A stretch of DNA of 64,000 nucleotides from Lingula anatina. Lineage: Eukaryota; Animalia; Brachiopoda. The notes under the pieces were generated by a model. The model was given only the letters and a program-made list of their open reading frames with translations, ran no database searches and was not told the DNA's origin. The position numbers and the translations under genes are program-made. Numbering within the stretch: the first letter of the stretch is position 1; each line of letters begins with the position of its first letter. The stretch spans positions 7,192,001 to 7,256,000 of the forward strand of contig CM120647.1 in the NCBI GenBank assembly GCA_051362555.1, read 5' to 3'. Below are positions 28,801 to 39,500 of this stretch, piece by piece.

Positions 28801-31800
28801 GTACTTTTAATATGGTTCCTCATACCTTGCTACACTATGCAGCCTTACCCTTTATAATTTCAAATTATGTAAGCAGAGACGAAACCGTGTTTGAAATAAG
28901 AACTACAGTTATCTCCTTGCCCTCCTTACGAAAAGATACCCACAGTGTTTGAATATATTCTATAAGATAAATCAGACTCATATATTTTTCCGTTTAACAT
29001 GTATGTAAAGGGGCCTACGTTTATTGCCGACAAACAAACAAAACAGTCTCCCATAATAGCATCGCAAAATCTTTATTACCTACTTGGCTGTATCATATCA
29101 GAAATATAACATTAGAGAAAACAGCAAAACACATTGGGGAACAGTTCCCTGTTTAAGACAAGGTTCAGGATTTTACGTTAACTTTTTAACTAAATGCTTT
29201 CGTTTTGATATGTAACCGCCGTAACTATACGGTTCCAGCTTTGTTTTAATTTTCGAGTTACTGTCAAAAGTTAGATGTTATGTTCAACGGAGTTTTCGTT
29301 CACTGATATCTTTGCTTCATTTTTTTCCCTTTGTTTATGTCGTCATATACATGTATATGTATGTACCTGTACAATCATCAGCTTTTCTTTATTTCAATCC
29401 AGTGAAATAAGCCAAGAGGATTTACCTAGCGTTGGTAAATTGAATAATATCATAATATTGCACGTTGTCCTATTTTATTTTTAAGTCGATGGAGACATTC
29501 GCCTTCAGGATGGGGACACGCAATATCAAGGTCGTGTTGAGATCTACCGTAACGGTGTGTGGCGGAGAGTGTGTGAGGAGGGTTGGGATTTTAACGACGC
29601 CAAAGTTGCGTGCAGACAGCTAGGCTACGGGCATCCCCACACTGGTAAGTATCATATTCTGTTTTAGACGGCTTCAGTTCTTATCATATCACCCAGATAC
29701 ATGTTAATGCTTAGGAAAAAAATGTTGAGAAAATTCTGCTCTATTCCTTTGGATAGCTTGGAAACATACGTTTGCTTAAAACGAGACCAGAGATATGACT
29801 ACAATTCCAACTGCCTAGTACAAAGCATAAGACATCAGTGCTGGCTGTTCCCCAAAACTAAAATCTGGATAGTTTGCACTCGACACAGTTACCCGAGATA
29901 CTTATTGTGATCAAGTTCTTAATTGCACATCATTGTTTACGGGTCTCTTGAACAAGATATTTATTATATATCGCCCATCAGCTAATTAATGTATTATTGC
30001 TCACCAGAAGAAATCCAAACATATATTCTCCAAATGTATTGTAGATCGACGTTAGAACACGGAATAAGAGAAAACAAAATTGAACTGGTTGAATAAAACA
30101 TGAAGTATTTATTTAGCTTCTTGTTTACAACATAGTCGTACACGCACCATTTTTTCTGTATTTCAGTCAACGCCAGGAGGCACATTACACTGATTTCTAT
30201 ATAGCTAAAGTCAACTTTGAGTTACTGCGCAATATTTATAGGCCGATGCATCTATTGGGCTTTAAAGGCCCCGTCACACTCTTATACGGAATCAGCAGGA
30301 ATCAAGTACATCTAGAATGAGCATTTTCTAAATCTGTACTACATTCGGGAAGAAATTTCAAATTGACCTACATGTAAAATTTTGTAAGAATGCTGTTGGA
30401 ATACTCCGAATGCGCTTGGATTCGCCTGGAATTCGTGAACACTCCGGCTGTATTAGCTCTCATATGGGATCCGAATGTAGTTCGAAAACTAGTAAGATCG
30501 AAAATGCTGTCAGAAAGCAGGCAGGATATTTAGAGTACACTTCGAATGTCGTACGAGTGTATTTCGATTCCTGGTTGAAGTAGGATTTAGGGAGCCATCG
30601 AGATGCATGCAGTTGTATTCCGGCTAATTCTAGCAAAATTTGAAGTTTCTTGCCATTTCGGTTTTCCCTCGAACGCGATCAGAATGTTTCGAATGCTGTA
30701 AAAATGCCGTATTAATATTTAGAATGCAATCATAGCACAGTTAAAATACACTAAGAATGCCATTAGATATTTTCTCCACTTGGAATGCACCTCAAAAGTT
30801 TTGAGCATGAGCAAAAATTCGGGCCGGCCACAAGAATGGGTAAAAATGCACTCTAAAATTTTACAGTGCTCTTCGAAAATACAGGAGCGTACAAAGAATG
30901 ATATTTCCGACGGCATTCTTGCTCATGCCACCTCTAGTTTAACGGGTCCTTAATACTTTAGTCACACTGGAGGCGGAATGAGCTAGAATGTAGTCGGTAT
31001 GAAACTTTTTTTTTTTTTTGTATATTCCTAGGTATTCGCGTTGCGTTCTAAAAATTCAGAGTGAACTATGTAGGCTCATTATTGTGTCCGGTCGGAATTT
31101 TTTTGGTCATGCTCAAAACTTTCGAAGTGCATTCCAAGCGGAGAATTTTTGAATTTCATTCTAAGTGTATCCGAATTGAACTCTGAGTGCATTCTTAATA
31201 TTATTAAGGTCTTTTAACAGAAATGAACAGCATTTCAACAGAAATGGCAAGACACTTCAAATCCTGCTAGGATGTTGTGCATGTGCACTAGTACGGCATT
31301 TAAAGTGAATTTTAAATATTCTGACTGCTTTCTGACAGCATTTTCGATATTCCAAGTATTCCAACTACATTCGAGATGCATTTGAGAGCTAATACATCCG
31401 AATTGTGCACGAATCATTCCAGGTGGATTCAAGCGCATTCTGAGTATTCCAATGGTATTTTGAAAATTCTTCATTCCGGGTCATTCTGCTTGATTACTGC
31501 TGAATCCGAATAAGTGTGACTGGGGCTTTAGAGAGAAACTGGGTTTTACGTCCTATTTTCTGACCCTTCAGTGTTTAGCAACTATAACCCCCGAGGCATA
31601 GGATCCTTTTGGTTGTCAGACATCAATTGCGCCGGAACTGAGATGCGCTTGTCCAGCTGTTCTTCCCGAGGGTGGGGCAACATCAACTCTGACTGTTTCT
31701 CCGAACACTACGACGATGCTGGAGTCATCTGCAAAGCACGTACGTAAATGCCGATGTGAAAGGACAAAAAAGACAAAATTTTGAGAAAATCTTTTTAGAA

Positions 31801-33480
31801 ATTATTTCAAAGTAAGATTTTTTTCTGGGAATCACGGCAATTTCCCTATGGTTAATGAACTATTTACACGTTCGAAGTTAAAAAAGATTAATATAAGCCA
31901 TCCGTGAAGATCGCGTGTTCCTTTGGGATGCACAGATTTCAGAATAATTGTGATAAAACTGTGATTTTGGTGGTAACATACAACTTATTGTATCTCCATG
32001 AGCTGTTTACAATGTATTTTGTGAATTGTGACGAGTTTTTTCCCCCCTTTTAACAATCGATCTATTCCAAAGCGGCGAACTTCCTTTATTTTCTGAGTGA
32101 GATACAATACATCTCCTCCTTTACCTTGTAGCTGGCGATGGTGCCGTTCGCCTGGTGAACACAACTAGCCCCTACGAAGGCCGTGTTGAGGTGTACTATG
32201 CCGGGGAGTGGGGGCGTGTGTGTGGCCGGGGCTGGGGCATTAACGATGGCAATGTAGTTTGCAGGCAACTTGGATTGGCTGGGGCACATACGTCTTTTAC
32301 GACTTGGAGTCCGAGAGGCACCGGTAAGTTATATACCTGTAGAGTATATATTATGTGCAACCTTGCTGCTACCAGTTGGCAAGTGATCGCTGCAGTCATG
32401 CAACCGATTTTCAATTACCAATTGGTTGCTGACAGGTTATTTATCACTCGGCAAACGGTGTGCGACTGGTAACCTATAGCTTGAAGATGGTATGTAAGAG
32501 GTTACAGTCACCTAACTGCAACCTTGATGCAACCGGTTTGCGCCTAGTTGTCGGTCAAAATATGCCAAAGCATCTTAATTAGCCCGCAGACTGATCGGAA
32601 GCGACCGCCAGATTCTGTGGTTGCCAAAAGGTTGCAAGCGCAGTGTGACCCAGGGCTCCGTATCTCGAAAGGTTCGCTGTGTTGCGCACGCGCGTTAGTG
32701 TCTCGATTCCATAACCGATTCTATTTCGAGATACGGAGCCATGGAATCGAGACACTTGCTTACGTGCGCAACATAGCGAACCTTTCGAGATACGGAGCCC
32801 AGGCTTAACGTGGCTCCTTGCGACTCGCAAAGCAGACTTTCCATTGAAACCTTCCTTGTACCTCTACGAACTCTACAACCTCCGCTGCACCCAAAATTAG
32901 TAGGGGAAGTACGGTTCTCAAATTTGTCCGGTTGTGACCGAGGCTTTAATGAGTTATGGTGACGTTTGGCTACGCAGTTGTAAGAGGTCTTATGTTTATT
33001 ATACCTATACTTGAATTCACATTCAGATATGCTGATGTTATATTTTTCTTAATAAACGATTTTTAAATATGGTGCATGCAATGTTAATGTGCACACTTTT
33101 CCTCATTTTTGTAGCTTTACATAAATATGTCTTTACTATATGTGTTAAATAGTACATGCATTAATTTTTTTTTTTTTCTTTATTTATGTAATAGTCCCTT
33201 TACACGATGCATTATCATTAAATGCTTCTAAACTAAATTTCATGTGCCAGACCTGTAGGTTTAATATGATACTGGGGTATACTTACATCTATGACATCCA
33301 CAATTTAATTATACATTACATATGCCATGCAAACATACTGGCGGCACAACATACACATTTTGCTGTCAGTGCAAATGAGCATGACCTTTGCATCGACGGT
33401 TGTGCTCATTTAGCAAAATGTGAATAAGTTATTGAATCAATTATATTTTATGGAAGGCGGAAATGTATATTTTTCAGGTT

Positions 33481-33519
<39 letters not shown>

Positions 33520-34800
33520 TTTTAGTTCATATGATATACTATCAATTCAAACTAGATAAGAAGACAGCATATATAGTGTTGCAACAACTATATATATTAA
33601 CAAATAACGTTTATAGTTTATCTACATTCCCATCAATTTTGTGTTGCTTTGAAAACGTTTTTCTTTTTCTAACTCAGGTAAATACTGGATTTATAATGTA
33701 AACTGTGGAGGAACAGAGTCCAATATAACCCAGTGTACCCATGCTGGCGTTGGCGTCATTTATTCGGACTACTGTCGTCAAAATAACTACAACGACGCCG
33801 GGGTAATATGCCATGGAGGTGAGACTCACAAACACACACGCACACAGAGATTTATACGCACATATTTAGATATATCCAATCATAAAGGTGGCAATTCAAG
33901 CTTCCCCCACTCGCCATTATTACGACAGATCGCTTTTATCCAGCTGGTACGTCTGAACCCGTTTTCGATCTGCATACTGCATGTATATGTTTTGAAGCAT
34001 TATCCCTTTATCCTTCTTACCTGTGTATCAGATGTAAGGTAGTCGTTATCATTATAGAACACGTTTTTTAAATGTTATGGTGCCCTATGCTTCATGGAAT
34101 TATTTTATATTAAAGATATGATCTGCTCTTTCCTGATTATTTATATTGGATACGAGAGGTGTTTTTAAAACCAACCCTGTACAATTCCAAAGCTATCGAT
34201 GTCATGAATATGGGAAGGAAAAATGAAAACATATGCATGCACTTTGTAAGTTTCTCAAACTTGCATGTTTGTTTTTACCTAAAACGTTTAATGCACACAT
34301 AGTGTTCAGAAAGTCGGTTGACACGGCACATAAGGTAACGAAAGTCGTTCAAACATGGTATGATCACGTCATGCACAATGATGCAGTTTAAAGAGTAAAT
34401 ATTCGATTCGAAAGTTTGATTTGAGCGGGGTTTTATTAATGCTTTCAGACGGTGATGGTGCCTTGCGTCTTATTAACACATCAAATGCGTACGAAGGTCG
34501 CTTGGAGATCTTCTATTCCGGGAGATGGGGAAGGGTTTGTGACTACGGCTGGGACCAGACTAGTGCTGACGTGGCGTGTAAACAGCTTGGATTCTCCGGA
34601 GCCCACACACGATTATTTAATACGTCACCTAGGGGGACAAGTGAGTGTACAAATAAAATACTTTAACTGAAAAGTTTAATCGTGGATATTTCGATATCTT
34701 CCTTTAATAGTTAAAGACCGTGAATAAATATTTCGCTCTGAACACTTCTAACAAATATAGAATACTTACAAATACATGTACTAAAAATTTATTATAGGTA

Positions 34801-34846
<46 letters not shown>

Positions 34847-36502
34847 AATTTTAATTAGAAACTATTTTGATTATAGTACCTATTACATGAAATAGACGAA
34901 ATTAATGTCGGGTTGCAGATATTTTACAAGATTAGACTTTCTTTGATTACTGACAATCGTGTAATAACCGGATGTTGTTTTTAGTTAATATGCTGTTTTT
35001 CAGACTTAAGCCAAGGCAAAATGTATTTTAAAACTATTCTTTTCAAACATCAGGTGAATTCTGGATACAAAATTTGAATTGTCAGGGTTCTGAGTCGACC
35101 CTGGCTGATTGCCACCATGACGGCGTTGGAAAAATAAGCTCAACTTATTGCCCCAAGTCTTCGTCAGAGGACGCCGGCGTTCTGTGTAAAGGACGTGAGT
35201 ATATATTGGTTTTAATTTTCACCTTCATATATCACACTGTCTCTGTGAGGGAGACAGAATCTTTGCATGTAAAAGTACCAAAAAGGGCTGACAGGAATGG
35301 TAGTCCGATAAGAACAGTAGTACGTCCCTTATTACCTTTTAGAGTTGACATTTGTCACATATTCGTCTCACCCAACCTCCAATTCTCCGAATAACCTAAC
35401 TTGCATTAATATATGAGACCCCTGGCGCCCATTCCAGGGACTAAAATTTTTGTTACACGGCTATGCTTCGTGCAGTGCTGTTCTTACTCATTGTTTCTGT
35501 TTATTTGCTCTGTATTCCCAATAGCCAACGACGGGGAAATCAGACTGATCGGTCCCTCCCAATATTTCGGTCGAGTTGAGATATTCTACGCAGGAGGCTG
35601 GGGGAGAGTGTGTAAATACGGTTGGTCTCTGAATGACGCCAAAGTGGCTTGTAGACAGCTTGGCTTTAGCGGGACACTGCAGTACTTCACAGGATGGACA
35701 CCAAGAGGGACTTCGAGGGTGGTTCTAGGTACTGTTCGTCCGTATGTATGTGTGTGCATTTCAATCGGCCAACCTGCCTATGTGACTCTGTGTATTACTG
35801 ACCGTGTACCCTTTTTGGTTTCTTGTCTGTTTGAGCGTCTCTTCACCTGTCTCTCTGTGTTTATGTCTGTTGGTATGTCTGTACCCTCTACCAGGGCGAG
35901 TGATATATTTTTTACAGATATTCACAGATATGTCTCTAGCTAAATAGATGGTAATTTAGGGCTGAACTCACCCTGTTGAGGAATCTCAAGGCTGATTACA
36001 TGGCTGATAATTGTTTGCATAACTGCTCAGGCACTGCCACTTAGCAGGTCCAGTCTAAGTCTGCGTGACAGCAATCAAGACAGTTAATTACTCTGACTTC
36101 AATCACTTGCTCTTCTGTGACAGATAAAAAAAGCCTTAGACTGCTTGCTTAACAAGCGGTTATCACATCGTTGTGAAGCTCAGCTCATGCAGAGCAAGTG
36201 CAAAGCCTTTGGCGCGCGCACAGAGATTTGTTTCCACATGGGATTCCTCACCAGGGTGAGTTCAGCCCTAAATGACCATCTATCTAGCTAGATACATATC
36301 TGTGAATATCTGTAAAAAAAATCTATCACTCACCCTGGTAGTGGGTAGTATGTCTTTCTGTCTGTCTGTCTGTCTGTCTGTCTCTCCTGCTGATTATGAG
36401 TTCGCTTCACTGTTTTTATTCTGGAGATTTTTTTATTAAAACAAACGCTCAATACTTTATTGTGGTCAGGGGCGTTATTCTCCAAGGTTTATTACTTATA
36501 TA

Positions 36503-36572
<70 letters not shown>

Positions 36573-39500
36573 TATTTTTGTATCAGAGTTGCAGACGTGT
36601 CTGGAATACAATCTCTGGCCATGTTGTTTAGTGAGAAACGTTGAATATACATGGTATTATGATATTGTAAAAAATGGCATGTTATAAATTTGTCGTGTGT
36701 TTTGTGAAATTGAATACATTCGAAAACCAAAAAAAAAGTCGGAAGAACTTTATTTTGAACAATTATAAAATATCCACATGAGCTACGGTGATAGGGTGAA
36801 CCACATTGTTGGACAATGCACCCACCATTCCTTAATTTTTTTTTTTTTTTCAAGGAAAGGAATTATATGATGATTTCAGCGACATTCATGAATGCGAGGT
36901 TAAATTTCATTTAACCAGTCATGCAAATTTTGTGAGAAACTATGAAAAATTCCATTCGCATGTGTTTTGAAAATTAAATTTGACCCCACATTTATAAATC
37001 TCAAAGTAATTCCCATTTTATTTCTTTCATTGCAAAGAGTTAAAAAAAATCGAACACGTTGCTAGTGCATTAGCCATTCATATTGGTATTTATTTAAAAT
37101 CGCAATTTTCATCAATTTTTAGGTCGATTGTATAATCTAAAACAATGTAACATTTTGATGAGATGCTTATTTGCAATTAATTGACAAATAAAACTTTTTA
37201 ATTCAATTTTATTATTATTATTATTATTTATCATTATTAATATTTTTAATGTTCTTATGATTCTTATGATTCTTATTGTGCTTTTTTTTAAGGAAGTAGC
37301 CCTAGGATACAAGTACAGCGTGATTGTTAAGATATCAAATACAATTGAAAATTTTCAGACCAGTTAAACTGTGCCGGTACAGAAAGCAGAATTGATGCCT
37401 GCACTCATGGATGGATAGGCTACCCCATTTCAACATACTGCCGGGAAAATTCGGACGCAGACGCTGGAGTTGCCTGTGAAGCGCGTGAGTATAAGAGCTT
37501 ATTCAGAACAGCTGGTTTGCAAAGCTGCAGTTGAAATATGGCCGGGAATCTATCCAGTGTCTAATCGGGAAACAAGCGGCAAGCTTTTTAGTGGGTCGAC
37601 ATATTTGACCCGCAGGTCTGTTATTCCGCTGTTCTGAGTGCACTGTAAGCCTTGCACGAAATTCAGGATTTTGCTAGGAGTTCTGTCACACTACTGAGTC
37701 CAGAGGTCCGCCTAAGTAACGTATGTCAAACCAATTATTCCCACAATTTTCAACGTAAGAAATCGGTCTTATCCAGCATATCAAAAAGAACGTATAAGCA
37801 GCGTACAGAGAGCATATTGATATGTTTACACAATAAATCTTGCGCTTGCATGTCATATATGTCAAAATAAATGTTGCGAATATCAATGTTCTAGGACGCG
37901 GATTAGTACTGTACATCAGAGTTAAATTGGCATATATACAGCGTGGTCCAAAAAGATGTTTCCATTTTTGTTTAAGTGCCATTTTCTATTGATTATTATT
38001 TATTCTAGTAATTAAGGCCACCGGCTCATATTACAATTTTATAATTTATATTAAGATAATCACATGTATCAACAAATGTACCATGACAAAAAACAAAATT
38101 ATTATACAAGTGTAACAAACCTCTCATGACTGCTAGTAATACAAAATAATAACATGGTGCAATGGTAAAACAGAAACATAAGCCAACAATTAATATGTAA
38201 TGAGACAAACAATAGGACATCATACACAGAAATACATATGTCTAGGTAAGTAGCTTTAACTATTTTGAAATGCACTCTTGTTTTCATGTTTTAATCTCTC
38301 AAACCAAGTTTCTCTTATTGTCCGCATGAACTAGAGGAGCAGCTACTCTGCGGATAAGTGTTGCATCAACTGTAGACATGATTTCTATAAAAAATTTGTC
38401 TGACATTTTTTCTACTCTGTATGTTTGGTAACCACTCTTCTCTCAAACCATTATAAAAACGAGCACTCTAGAAGGAAGTGGTTTTCTGTTTCAACCTCAT
38501 CCACATCACAACTAATACACGCTTGCATATTTGGGTTTAATTCAAGGTGTCTTTCCTTTTCAATCGTGAGTGATTGATTTTGAACATCGCAACTTAGCAA
38601 GAGCTTTTCTATGATGAGTCTTATTGACCACTTTTATGCTATTACGTGTATTGTGTTTGTAGATATCTTCAGGCGCAAATGTTCTTTAAAAAGCAAAAAA
38701 TACAAAAAATCATTGGATATATATATATATTTTTTTTCTTTTAGAAATCTGTTTTATTTTTGTTTAATCACATTCAACTGCAGATTCACAGCAGAGCAGT
38801 TATTTTTAATTGACGGAAATTGTATGCTGTCGCTGTTCCTCAGGGCTAGTAAAAGCTATCCCATCACAAGATTTTTAACAATGTAGCTTTCACTGTGCCC
38901 TGACACTTAGGGTATGTAACCCAGGTTTTAGAGCAATTTCTCCAAATCTATACGTATGTTCCTTAAGAATGTGTAATACCTTTGAGGCTACTTGATTGCA
39001 ATTCATATCTTACACAAAAGCTTAATTATCAAAACCTTTTTTGAATTGAAACACATGTAGACATCGAAATACAATTAATTAATTGAAACACATGTAGACC
39101 GATGTTCGATGTAGACATCGAAATACAATTAATTAATTGTATTTCGATGTCTACATGTGTTTCAATTCAAAAAAGGTTTTGATAATTAAGCTTTTGTGTA
39201 AGATATAAATTGCAATCAAGTCTGACACTTTTACATTTCTAGCTGACGATGGCCAGCTTCGTCTGATGGACGGTAACGGCTACAACAGCGGTCGTGTGGA
39301 GATCAAGTTTGCTGGAGTATGGAGGCGTATCTGTGACAATGGATGGGGAAGCAACGACGCTGCAGTTGTCTGCCGACAGTTGGGGTATAACGGATATGTT
39401 AGAGCCGCGACAAGTAAGGCAGGAGATAACCCTTTTCTCTTTAATTCGATGTTTTCTACCAAGTCTGTTTTGTTTTAATAACCCACTTAACAAAAAAACA

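Noticed and set aside
32548-32830. Mirror-image ORFs on both strands
   Set aside because: A by-product of the palindromic MITE.
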